Source: Dehalococcoidia bacterium UBA2160
GTDB taxonomy: Bacteria; Chloroflexota; Dehalococcoidia; Lucifugimonadales; UBA1123
DNA: 64,000 nt
Direction: 5' to 3'
Assembly (NCBI GenBank): GCA_002328865.1
Contig: DCWO01000072.1
Span: 8,458 to 72,457, forward strand
Shown: positions 46,055 to 54,404 of the stretch, in pieces
Numbering within the stretch: position 1 is the first letter of the stretch
Layout of the letters: each line of letters opens with the position of its first letter
Notes under the pieces: model-generated
The model's database searches: none
What the model was told of the DNA's origin: nothing
The model's input: the letters and a program-made list of their open reading frames with translations, nothing else
Made by a program: the position numbers and the translations under genes

Positions 46055-47404
46055 ATGACCCTGTTCGAACACGAAGCCGCGCAGAAAAAGGAGAAGCTGG
46101 CCCCGCTGGCGGCCAGGATGCGGCCACGCACGTTCGACGAATACGTCGGCCAGTCACACATCGTCGGGCCAAACACGGCCCTGCGCCGCGCGCTGAACGC
46201 GGGATACGTGCCGTCGATGATCCTCTGGGGACCGCCCGGAACCGGCAAGACCACGCTGGCCATACTCTTGGCGTCGATGACGTCCAGTTACTTCGAGCGC
46301 ATCAGCGCGGTGGGCTCAGGCGTGGCCGATCTCAGGCGGGTCATGTCGGATGCCAGCGACCGTCTCGGGATGCACGGCCAGCGGACAATCCTGTTCGTTG
46401 ACGAGATACATCGCTTCAACAAGGCGCAGCAGGACGTGATCCTGCCCCAGGTCGAGGACGGCACTATCGTCTTAATCGGGGCGACGACGGAGAACCCGTC
46501 CTTCGAAGTCGTGTCGCCGCTGCTGTCGAGGTCGACCGTGTATGCGCTCAATCCCCTGGAGCCGAAAGAGGTTCAGCAGGTCGTCGAAGCCGCCTTAAGT
46601 GACACCGAAAAAGGCATGGGAACTCTGGACGTTTCGTTGGACGAAGACGCCCTTGATATCCTCGTCAACCTGTCCAACGGAGATGCTCGGACGGCCCTGA
46701 ACGGGTTGGAGTTGGCGGTCTTGTCGTCGCCGATGAGCGCCACCGGGGGACGCGTAATCGACAGGGAGACCGCGCGCGAGGCCATGCAGAAACGAGTCGC
46801 CCGATACGACAAGTCCGGCGACCAGCACTACGACACCATATCGGCCTTCATCAAGTCCGTCAGGTCGTCGGACCCCAACGCGGCCGTCTACTGGCTGGCA
46901 CGCATGATCGAGGCAGGGGAGGACCCGCTGTTCATCGCCCGCAGGATCGTCGTTCTGGCCGCTGAAGACATTGGCATGGCGGACCCCCAAGCCCTCACGG
47001 TGGCCGTCGCGGCGCAGCAGGCCGTCCACTTCATCGGAATGCCCGAGGGCCGCATTCCATTGGCCGAGGCAACCGTCTACCTCGCTACGGCGCCCAAGAG
47101 CAACGCGGCGTACATGGCTATCGGCGGCGCTCTGGACGACGCTCGTGAAACGCGCAACGAGCCCGTGCCGTTGCACCTTCGGAACGCCGTGACCGGCATG
47201 ATGCGGGACATGGGCTACGGCAAGGATTACAAGTACACCCACGACTACGAAGGCCACTTTACGCCTACCGACAACCTGCCCGACAACCTGAAGGACCGGA
47301 AATACTACGAGCCGACCGACCAGGGCTACGAGGCGGAGATCGCCAAGCGTATGAGCCGATGGTGGGGCGGGTCAGAATCGCGACCAGAGTCCGACGAAGA
47401 GTAG
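46055..47404 (+). CDS. rarA: Replication-associated recombination protein A (AAA+ ATPase)
   Basis: LAARMRPRTFDEYVGQSHIVG, Walker A GPPGTGKTT, DEIHRFNK, and the MgsA C-terminal region. Confidence 0.95.
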   Translation: MTLFEHEAAQKKEKLAPLAARMRPRTFDEYVGQSHIVGPNTALRRALNAGYVPSMILWGPPGTGKTTLAILLASMTSSYFERISAVGSGVADLRRVMSDASDRLGMHGQRTILFVDEIHRFNKAQQDVILPQVEDGTIVLIGATTENPSFEVVSPLLSRSTVYALNPLEPKEVQQVVEAALSDTEKGMGTLDVSLDEDALDILVNLSNGDARTALNGLELAVLSSPMSATGGRVIDRETAREAMQKRVARYDKSGDQHYDTISAFIKSVRSSDPNAAVYWLARMIEAGEDPLFIARRIVVLAAEDIGMADPQALTVAVAAQQAVHFIGMPEGRIPLAEATVYLATAPKSNAAYMAIGGALDDARETRNEPVPLHLRNAVTGMMRDMGYGKDYKYTHDYEGHFTPTDNLPDNLKDRKYYEPTDQGYEAEIAKRMSRWWGGSESRPESDEE

Positions 47405-47527
47405 AGCCAAGCCAGCAGCCGGCGTTTGAGCGGCGACCCCGGCGCATCCGCGATGCGGCTAAAGTCCGCCGCGACTCCTCACCCCTCGGCCTACGAACGA
47501 CCTCCACTGGGCTCAATCCCATGAAAC

Positions 47528-47555
47528 TCGACATTCTGACGTTTGTTGGTATAAT
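47528..47555 (+). promoter_or_regulatory. Sigma70-like promoter candidate for comDE
   Basis: TCGACA (47528-47533), a 16-nt spacer, then TATAAT (47550-47555). It lies about 90 nt upstream of GTG 47642, which has RBS aaggag. Confidence 0.45.
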
Positions 47556-47641
47556 CGCCCAATCACCGCCGAAAGCACATCGGCATTGATTCAACCGGTG
47601 TGCCGAATTCATGATTCGGAGAGCAGAAGGAGAGTCCGCCT

Positions 47642-48160
47642 GTGGTTGAGCAGCAAGGCCAAATCTTAAGACCGGAAACGATGATATCGGAGTTCAAAAA
47701 GAACGGCGTAACCCACATAATCACGATCCCGGACAGCGAGACGAATTACCTGTACGAACTTATGGTGAAAGAGCCGTCGTTGGACGTCATCCCGGTCTCT
47801 CGCGAAGGAGAGACCATGAGCACCGCGCTGGGATTGAACATCGCGGGCAAAGTGCCGGTATGTCTGATCCAGAACACCGGCATGATGGAGGCCGGAGATT
47901 CGATACGCGGAATGGCGCTGGACGCCGGATTCCCGCTGGTGATGGTGATCGGCTACCGGGGGTGGACGCGACATGGCGTCACCATCGACACGGCCGCAAA
48001 GTACACCGAGCCGTTCCTCCACGCGTTTAACATCAGCTACTACTTGGTCGAGACGGATGACGACGGGTCTCGAATTTCGTCAGCCTTTGAAGAGGCCAGG
48101 TCAACCAAACGACCGGTGGTCGTGTTGATCGGCGACGAGTACCACGGATTCAACAGATAA
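47642..48160 (+). CDS. comD: Sulfopyruvate decarboxylase alpha subunit-like TPP enzyme
   Basis: 172 aa. ...GVTHIITIPDSETNYLYE...VSREGE...IQNTGM is typical of the ComD (N-terminal TPP pyrimidine-binding) half. Confidence 0.75.
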   Translation: MVEQQGQILRPETMISEFKKNGVTHIITIPDSETNYLYELMVKEPSLDVIPVSREGETMSTALGLNIAGKVPVCLIQNTGMMEAGDSIRGMALDAGFPLVMVIGYRGWTRHGVTIDTAAKYTEPFLHAFNISYYLVETDDDGSRISSAFEEARSTKRPVVVLIGDEYHGFNR

Positions 48161-48219
48161 GACCGCCCGCCAGAGGGTGCATCGTACCGCTATCGCGACT
48201 GTAATCACCGGAGGTCATC

Positions 48220-48810
48220 TTGATCGAAGCAACGGATGTATTTGAAGCTTTTCTTCCGCATCGAGGCGATGCCATCGTATCGGCTACAGGCACCGCCGGC
48301 AGCCACTGGAGAGATTTCAGCACCAACGTGAACCGAGACATCAGCCTTGGCGGCGCCATGGGCCACACGGCGCCGGCCGCCTTCGGGTTGGCGATGGGCT
48401 TGCCTGACGAGAAGGTCGTGCTATTCGACGCCGAGGGTTCCCTGCTGATGAACCTCGGGGTGCTTGCGACCGTCGCGGGCAAGAAGCCAGCCAACTTCTT
48501 CCATTTCCTGTTGGACAACGAGTGCTATGCCACGACAGGCGGGCAGCCGGTTCCCAACTCTTCGGAAATCAACTACGCGGGCATGGCTCGGGAAGCGGGT
48601 TACGCCTCGACGTATGAGTTCGACGACCTCGAGGAGCTGGTGACAAACCTCGAATCGATCATGAAAGAGACCGGTCCCGTATTCGTCGCGATCAAGGTGT
48701 ACCCCGAGGTCCAGAATCTGCCGATCGCTCTTCGAACGCGCAGGCCCAGCCGAAGCCGCATGGAGACTATCGTCGATCTGCAACAGGAGCTCGGCATCAG
48801 CGCCGAGTAG
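48220..48810 (+). CDS. comE: Sulfopyruvate decarboxylase beta subunit-like TPP enzyme
   Basis: 196 aa. GAMGHTAPAAFGLA...DAEGSLLMNLG...LDNECYATTGGQ is the TPP diphosphate-binding half. Confidence 0.75.
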   Translation: MIEATDVFEAFLPHRGDAIVSATGTAGSHWRDFSTNVNRDISLGGAMGHTAPAAFGLAMGLPDEKVVLFDAEGSLLMNLGVLATVAGKKPANFFHFLLDNECYATTGGQPVPNSSEINYAGMAREAGYASTYEFDDLEELVTNLESIMKETGPVFVAIKVYPEVQNLPIALRTRRPSRSRMETIVDLQQELGISAE

Positions 48811-48832
48811 GGCATTGGCATCGATGTCGCGG

Positions 48833-49057
48833 CTAGCGCCTGACGAGTCTCAGAAAGTCATCTCTCGTGAGTCCTGCGTCGCGGATGAGGGGCCTCATGA
48901 TGCCTCGCCCCAACTCTCGATGCCGTGGGATCGAAAGCCTGCGTCCCTCGGGACCAATCAGAATCATGTGGCTGCCTTGCGTGTGGTCCCATAAGAATCC
49001 AGCACGTTGCATTACTCGTGCGAACTCGTCTCCCGAAAGGACGGGAAGTCGAGCCAC
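48833..49057 (-). CDS. hicA: HicA-family mRNA interferase toxin
   Basis: 74 aa. GDEFARVMQRAGF....QGSHMIL....RRLSIPRH.ELGRG.MR.LIRDAGL is the HicA pattern. Confidence 0.85.
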   Translation of the reverse strand: MARLPVLSGDEFARVMQRAGFLWDHTQGSHMILIGPEGRRLSIPRHRELGRGIMRPLIRDAGLTRDDFLRLVRR

Positions 49058-49305
49058 TAGACCGCGACTTCAATCTCTTGCATGTCGGTCGTAGGTATGG
49101 GTTCGCCATGTTTGCGCATGCTGGCGATGTACCCTCTAATGGCCTCTCTTATGTTGGAGGTTGCCTCTTGCCGTGTCACGCCTTGGGAGTGGCAGCCCGG
49201 TAGGGCTGGACAACTGGCCACGACGTAACCATCCTCGTCCGTTTCAAACAACACCGCGAACCTCGTGGTTGTTGCCTTGGACGGTGTTTCCGCGCTCTGC
49301 GCCAA
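49057..49305 (-). CDS. hicB: HicB-family antitoxin domain (only a TTG start available)
   Basis: RFAVLFETDEDGYVVASCPALPGCHSQGVTRQEATSNIREAIRGYI is the HicB motif. The stop overlaps the hicA ATG. The frame is open upstream to 49533 with no ATG/GTG/TTG before 49305. Confidence 0.8.
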   Translation of the reverse strand: MAQSAETPSKATTTRFAVLFETDEDGYVVASCPALPGCHSQGVTRQEATSNIREAIRGYIASMRKHGEPIPTTDMQEIEVAV

Positions 49306-49565
49306 CGCTGGCTGATGCCATTGGCGGACATCAAAGCCAAGATTGACGAGAATCCGGTGGGCTTGCTGGGCCTGGAAGGCGATATAGGGGAGGGAAGTTA
49401 CCGCATGTATGGGTTGTTTGATCGGAAACTCTTCGCCATGTAGTTCGACATAGTGTTTGTTCCGCCTTTCCGCCTGTCGGTCGGGTTCGGTTGAAGACGC
49501 TCGGTGGCGCTGACAATGCGATCCCTGTCGATTTCAAAGCGTTTGCCGGCAATCTGAAAGATCAT
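49306..49565 (-). pseudogene. Frameshifted small ORF that would read through into hicB if an 8-bp duplication were removed
   Basis: ATG 49565 (RBS gcagga) gives MIFQIAGKRFEIDRDRIVSATERLQPNPTDRR. After the duplicated ttccgcct/ttccgcct (49460-49475), the conserved-looking NKHYVELHGEEFPIKQ...LVNLGFDV continues in the hicB frame. Confidence 0.55.
49460..49475. repeat. Perfect 8-bp tandem duplication (ttccgcct x2)
   Basis: Read directly from the plus strand: gtttg-ttccgcct-ttccgcct-gtcgg. Confidence 0.95.
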
Positions 49566-49838
49566 TCCTGCACCAATCTTGTTGTTATCTTGAATCGCCC
49601 ACGGAAGACTGGTCAAGGCCCATATGCGTCGCATGGGAGGACGAGGGGGCCAAAGGGTGAACGGAGAACGCGGGTACTCGTGGGATCGATGTCTGCGCAA
49701 GGCTTTCGAGCGGCCTCCGGCGGGCGACGTGCCACATTATGGCTGACCCGTGGGAACCAGCCTCGGCAGAAGTCGATGACAGGGCCCGTCACACTCGGTC
49801 CCCATGGACGCCGATCTTGGGGAGCGGGTCCAGGGTGG

Positions 49839-51053
49839 CTATACCTCAGTCGCAGGCTCTGGCTGAACCGCGTCGAAGCGGGCCACCTTGCGGAGCACCC
49901 ATCCCGCGTTCACGACGACGACGGCGCCTCCGATCGCGATGGCGACTGGCGCCCCGACCGCATTCGCGATAGCCCCGGTGTGGAAACCCGCTAGCCCACT
50001 GACGCCCCACATCATGGCCTGGAAGCTCAGCACTCGGCCTCGCAGGCTGTCGGGCACGCTGGTCTGCAACACCGTGTTGACGGTGGTTTCGTACATCACG
50101 ACCGAAGCGTAGGCCGCGGCGATGAGCGCAAGCGACACGGGCAGCCATCGAACGAAAGAAAACACCACCAGGAACAGACCGAAGCCCAAACTGCCTCCCA
50201 CTATGAGCAGTGACTTTCGGTTGATCTCGCCGACGTTGGACATCACAATCGACGACACCGTCGCGCCAGCGCTGCCCGCCGCCAGAAGATAGCCTAGGCC
50301 CGAGGCGCCGGCGTCCAGTACATCACGGGCCATGACAGGCATCATCGCCTCGTGCGCCCAACCGAAGCCCTCGACTACGAAGATCATCAGGATCAGAGTA
50401 CGGACACGAGAGTCGCTGATCACGTATGCGAGGCCCTGCTTGAAGTCCTCCAACGGCGTCGTCCGCTCCCTCGGTTCTCGTGCCACCTTTCGCATCGCGA
50501 GGATAAGAAACGGCGCTATGCCGTAACATGCCGCAATGACAACGTACGCGTAGCCAATGTCAAAACGGCTCACGATCGCTCCCGCCAGCAACGGCGCGAC
50601 GATCCCCACGATTGTCATGCCAGCGAATCGAGCCGCCGTCGCGCTGAGCAACCTCTCGCGGCCGACAATGTCCATGGTCATCGCCATCATCGTCGGTACG
50701 TGGGCCGACGCGACCATGCCCTCCGCAAACGACGCGACGATGATGTGCCAGAGGCGGATGTTGTCGGTTAGTATGAGGATCGCCAGCGTCAGTCCTAGCA
50801 GGCCCCTGACAGTCAACGTCGTGAGCACCAATTGGCGGCGCGTAATCCGGTCGGAAAGCACTCCGCCCACGACTGCGAACAGGGTAAGAGCCAGGCCGCC
50901 CGTGCCCGCTGTGATCCCGACCCATAGCGGCGAATCGCTGACCTGCAAGGCAAGCCACCCGTGCACGGTGAAATAGGTAATGAGCGCCATGTCACTGAAG
51001 ACGCTGGCGATCCAGAATAACCTGAACTGGCGATCCTTAAAGAGCGACCACAC
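49839..51053 (-). CDS. MFS transporter
   Basis: 404 aa with about 12 TM segments and the loop GGVLSDRITRR. Confidence 0.85.
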   Translation of the reverse strand: MWSLFKDRQFRLFWIASVFSDMALITYFTVHGWLALQVSDSPLWVGITAGTGGLALTLFAVVGGVLSDRITRRQLVLTTLTVRGLLGLTLAILILTDNIRLWHIIVASFAEGMVASAHVPTMMAMTMDIVGRERLLSATAARFAGMTIVGIVAPLLAGAIVSRFDIGYAYVVIAACYGIAPFLILAMRKVAREPRERTTPLEDFKQGLAYVISDSRVRTLILMIFVVEGFGWAHEAMMPVMARDVLDAGASGLGYLLAAGSAGATVSSIVMSNVGEINRKSLLIVGGSLGFGLFLVVFSFVRWLPVSLALIAAAYASVVMYETTVNTVLQTSVPDSLRGRVLSFQAMMWGVSGLAGFHTGAIANAVGAPVAIAIGGAVVVVNAGWVLRKVARFDAVQPEPATEV

Positions 51054-51204
51054 GTTCTCAACTCGTAGGTGCCGGCGAATCCGGCCGCAATGGCACTGAT
51101 GAACCGCGATCAGACGGGGATGTGCGCACGCTGCTCGTCAGGCCAGACCGTTCGCCTACGAACGCCCGGCGAGAGCTCAGTATATCGCGCCGCCAATTCG
51201 CCAC

Positions 51205-51311
51205 GATGAGCATAGCGGAGCATCTCGTCTCAGGGAACGAGACGCCTCGTGGAGTTCCGGACCACTTGCATCCCTGCGGACCCCAGAAATCCTTCGCTGC
51301 TCTCAGGATGG
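51205..51311. repeat. Degenerate dispersed copy of the hairpin element
   Basis: Right arm cagaaatccttcgctgctctcaggatgg (51284-51311). Weaker left arm gatgagcatagcggagcatctcg (51205-51227). Confidence 0.55.
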
Positions 51312-51492
51312 CGGATCGGCGTTCACGTCGTTCTGTTCTACGGCGGCGCTAGGGGCAGCCGTTATGACGCCCAGGACGGTGTCACAAGTAATTGATCGTG
51401 CTGATTTCACACCGCGCCAGGTCGGGCCAACCGGGCTCTGACAGGGAGAACGGGTGCACAAGGCGCCAGACTGATTCGGCGTCCTATCGCGA

Positions 51493-52530
51493 TCAGACGG
51501 CCTCTTCTCTGATCGTCGAATCGATGACGTCCAGGGCGTAGTCGATGTCGTCGGACGTAATGCCGTAGTGGGTCACGTATCGCCAACGCCGCGCCGGAGA
51601 GCCACCCTTTATGCCGCGCTCGTTGAGTCTGCGCGCCAAACCCGCCCTGTCCGGATGGTCCAAATCGAAGAAAACCAGATTCGTGGGCAGGCTCTCGGGG
51701 TCGATCGTGACACCGGGAATGTCCTTCAAGCCTGTGGCTAGTTTCCGGGCGTTTGCGTGGTCCTCGGCCAGACGGTCGACCATCGAGTCCATCGCTACGA
51801 TGCCTGCCGCGGCGACGATGCCAACTTGCCGCATGCTGCCGCCGACGATCTTGCGCCACCGTCGGGCCTCGGAAATGAAATCTTCGCTCCCGCAGATTAT
51901 CGAGCCTATGGGGCAACTCAACCCCTTCGACAGGCAGAAAGTAATCGAGTCGGCGTCCTTGGCCAACTCGGCGACAGGGGCTTCGAGTGCGACGGCCGCG
52001 TTGAAAATCCGCGCGCCGTCGATGTGCAGGGGAGTGTCGCGGTCGTGGGCGATGTCTGCGATTGCCTTGGTGTCCTCCGGCGTGAGGACTGCTCCCCCGC
52101 AGGCGTTCTGGGTGTTCTCGAGCGCGACAACGGCGGTCCGGGGCTGATGCACGTCGTTGGGGCGGAACGCCGCGACAACGTCATCCGGGTCCAGCATCCC
52201 GCGCGAGTCGTTGGGAATCGTGTGGAACGAGACCCCGCCTAGGACTGACGCGCCCCCGGCTTCGCTCCTGAAGATGTGCGCCTTGTTTCCGAGGATGATC
52301 TCGTCGCCTCGACCGGCGTGCGAGAGCACCGACACCAGATTGCCCATGGTGCCGCTAGCCACGAACACCGCCGCCTCTTTGCCCATGCGTTTGGCGGCGA
52401 TCGCCTCGAGCCTGTTCAGGGTTGGGTCGTCGCCGAATACGTCGTCTCCCACCTCCGCTTCGGCCATCGCCCGCCGCATCTCGGGTGTGGGATGTGTAAC
52501 CGTATCGCTACGTAGATCGACCTCTCGCAT
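51493..52530 (-). CDS. ltaE: Low-specificity L-threonine aldolase (beta-eliminating lyase family)
   Basis: MREVDLRSDTVTHPT, GTMGNL, and the PLP-lysine region CLSKGL. RBS ggagg lies 7 nt before ATG 52530. Confidence 0.85.
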   Translation of the reverse strand: MREVDLRSDTVTHPTPEMRRAMAEAEVGDDVFGDDPTLNRLEAIAAKRMGKEAAVFVASGTMGNLVSVLSHAGRGDEIILGNKAHIFRSEAGGASVLGGVSFHTIPNDSRGMLDPDDVVAAFRPNDVHQPRTAVVALENTQNACGGAVLTPEDTKAIADIAHDRDTPLHIDGARIFNAAVALEAPVAELAKDADSITFCLSKGLSCPIGSIICGSEDFISEARRWRKIVGGSMRQVGIVAAAGIVAMDSMVDRLAEDHANARKLATGLKDIPGVTIDPESLPTNLVFFDLDHPDRAGLARRLNERGIKGGSPARRWRYVTHYGITSDDIDYALDVIDSTIREEAV

Positions 52531-52651
52531 TCGTGTGCCTCCAATGTTGGAAACCAAATTCAATCACGCGCCAATTCTATCAAAGCCCGCTTGTAAAACG
52601 CTATCGGCTCGCCTAAGATTGAGCCGTCCTATCGCTCCCTATTTGACGCCT

Positions 52652-53305
52652 ATGACACAACAAATTCTCACATTGAATAGCGGCCACCTGAGCTTGGAGT
52701 CCGTCCTCGACGTCCCTGACTCCAGCGACAAGGTTCCGGGCGTGGCGCTATGCCATCCCGACCCGCGGTATGGCGGAGACATGCACAACGATGTCGTCGT
52801 CGAACTTGCGCGCGTCCTCGTTGAGTCGGGCATCGCCGCTCTCCGGTTCAACATGCGGGGAGTGGGCGCAAGCGACGGGGAGTTCGACCGCGGCAACGGC
52901 GAAACCGACGACGCCCTGTCGGCGCTGCACACGCTGGAACTACACGAACGAATCGACCCGAGCCGAATCGGCGTGGCAGGGTACTCCTTTGGCGCGTCCA
53001 TCGCCATTCAGGCCGCGGGCGAGTCGAGTCTGGTCCAGGCAGTCGTTTCGATTGCGTGTCCGGCCCCGATCTTCAGGGTGTTGGGCTCCGTCGAGCTCCT
53101 GCAGCCAAAGCTGTTCGTGATGGGCGACAGCGACCACAACTTTCCAGTCGAGCAGTTCCGGTTTCTGACCAAGCGATACTCCCAACCCCGAGAGGTGTCG
53201 GTGGTTGTTGGGGCAGATCACTTCTTTCGTGGCGTGGAACCGGCCGTTGGCGAAATGACGACTCGCTTCTTCACCAGATGGCTGACCGGCGATCAGGCGG
53301 ACTGA
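52652..53305 (+). CDS. Alpha/beta hydrolase (short, KANL3/Tex30-like)
   Basis: 217 aa. HPDPRYGGDMHNDVV...LRFNMRGVGASDG and nucleophile elbow GYSFGA. Confidence 0.75.
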   Translation: MTQQILTLNSGHLSLESVLDVPDSSDKVPGVALCHPDPRYGGDMHNDVVVELARVLVESGIAALRFNMRGVGASDGEFDRGNGETDDALSALHTLELHERIDPSRIGVAGYSFGASIAIQAAGESSLVQAVVSIACPAPIFRVLGSVELLQPKLFVMGDSDHNFPVEQFRFLTKRYSQPREVSVVVGADHFFRGVEPAVGEMTTRFFTRWLTGDQAD

Positions 53306-53306
53306 G

Positions 53307-53948
53307 TTGCGGCAGGCCGCGATTTCTTTTCGTTCCAAGCGCCTGACACTGGACGGTGTGCTCTCCACTCCGGAGCAATCGAACGGCGATCCGGCGGCGG
53401 TGCTCGTCTGCCATTCCCACCCGACGCTGGGGGGCAGCATGTCGGACCCGGTGGTTATGGCGATCTGCCAGGCCGCTGACGGAGCAGGCATGGCGACGCT
53501 CAGGTTCAACTTTCGCGGCGTAGGCGAAAGCGAAGGCAAGTTCACCAACGGAGAAGAGGAGGGCCACGACGTCAAGGCAGCGCTCGATACGCTGCGCAAG
53601 TGGCCAGGGATCGATGGCGACCGAGTGGCCATCGCCGGATATTCGCTAGGGGCGGCCATCATTCTCGATGACCTGAAACGACTCAAGCGCGCCCAGGCCA
53701 TCGCCCTGGTGGCGCCAACCGTGGCGTCGCTGAGAAATCCCAAGTTTGTCGGCGACAAGCGGCCCAAGCTGGTGGTGGCCGGTCAAAACGACAAAGTGGC
53801 GCCGTCTCTGGAGCTTCAGCGAGAACTCGATGCGGTGAGGCAGCCGGTGAAATTCGCGGAAATGTTGGGCGCCGACCACAGCATGAAGGGCCACGAAGCC
53901 GAAATCGGAAGGCTCGTCTCCGAGTTCATGGGCGACGCTCTTCGATGA
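53307..53948 (+). CDS. Alpha/beta hydrolase, tandem paralog of the preceding gene
   Basis: 213 aa. HSHPTLGGSMSDPVV...LRFNFRGVGESEG and GYSLGA, colinear with 52652..53305. Confidence 0.75.
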   Translation: MRQAAISFRSKRLTLDGVLSTPEQSNGDPAAVLVCHSHPTLGGSMSDPVVMAICQAADGAGMATLRFNFRGVGESEGKFTNGEEEGHDVKAALDTLRKWPGIDGDRVAIAGYSLGAAIILDDLKRLKRAQAIALVAPTVASLRNPKFVGDKRPKLVVAGQNDKVAPSLELQRELDAVRQPVKFAEMLGADHSMKGHEAEIGRLVSEFMGDALR

Positions 53949-54013
53949 CTTCCCGAGTATTCGATCAGCCCTGAATCTCCGCGAGGTCTTCGTCACGCGC
54001 GAGTCCAAATACC

Positions 54014-54289
54014 GCCTCGGCTAACTTCGCCGAACAGTGCATCAGCGGACTCAAGGCCACCAGCGCTGGACCGGACATGGTCGACCGCGGTCTCGCCATC
54101 GTGACGACGCTTGTCCCCCACATCGGCTACGACGCGTCAGCCGCAATCGCTCACGAAGCGGGGGAAACCGGCCAGACCGTCAAAGAAGTGGCACTGGTCA
54201 GGACCGACCTCTCCAGCGACGAACTCGACGAGATTCTGGACCCTTCGAGGATGACCGGGCAGGGGCGCCAGCCAACTCCGTCGTCATGA
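54014..54289 (+). pseudogene. C-terminal remnant of a class-II fumarase/aspartase-family lyase
   Basis: ANFAEQCISGLKA...VDRGLAIVTTLVPHIGYDASAAIAHEAGETGQTVKEVAL...LSSDELDEILDPSRM matches only the last ~90 residues of ~460-aa FumC/AspA proteins. An upstream in-frame TGA lies at 53972. Confidence 0.6.
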
Positions 54290-54324
54290 AATTTCACCTG
54301 TCTGGCCGTGGAGGTTGACCGAAA

Positions 54325-54361
54325 CGCAAAACCACCCCGGGGCCGTGGCGTCCGGGGTGGT
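54325..54361 (-). terminator. Rho-independent terminator after the VWA gene
   Basis: Perfect 10-bp stem accaccccgg / ccggggtggt (54331-54340 / 54352-54361). On the minus strand it is followed by uuuugcguuu. Confidence 0.7.
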
Positions 54362-54404
54362 CTTCTCATCATGAGACGGCTGTCAGGGGGTGCGGCATCG
54401 CCGC

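Noticed and set aside
47521-47589. 22-codon ORF (MKLDILTFVGIIAQSPPKAHRH) as a leader peptide for comDE
   Set aside because: It overlaps the predicted promoter itself and has no RBS, so it is most likely non-coding.
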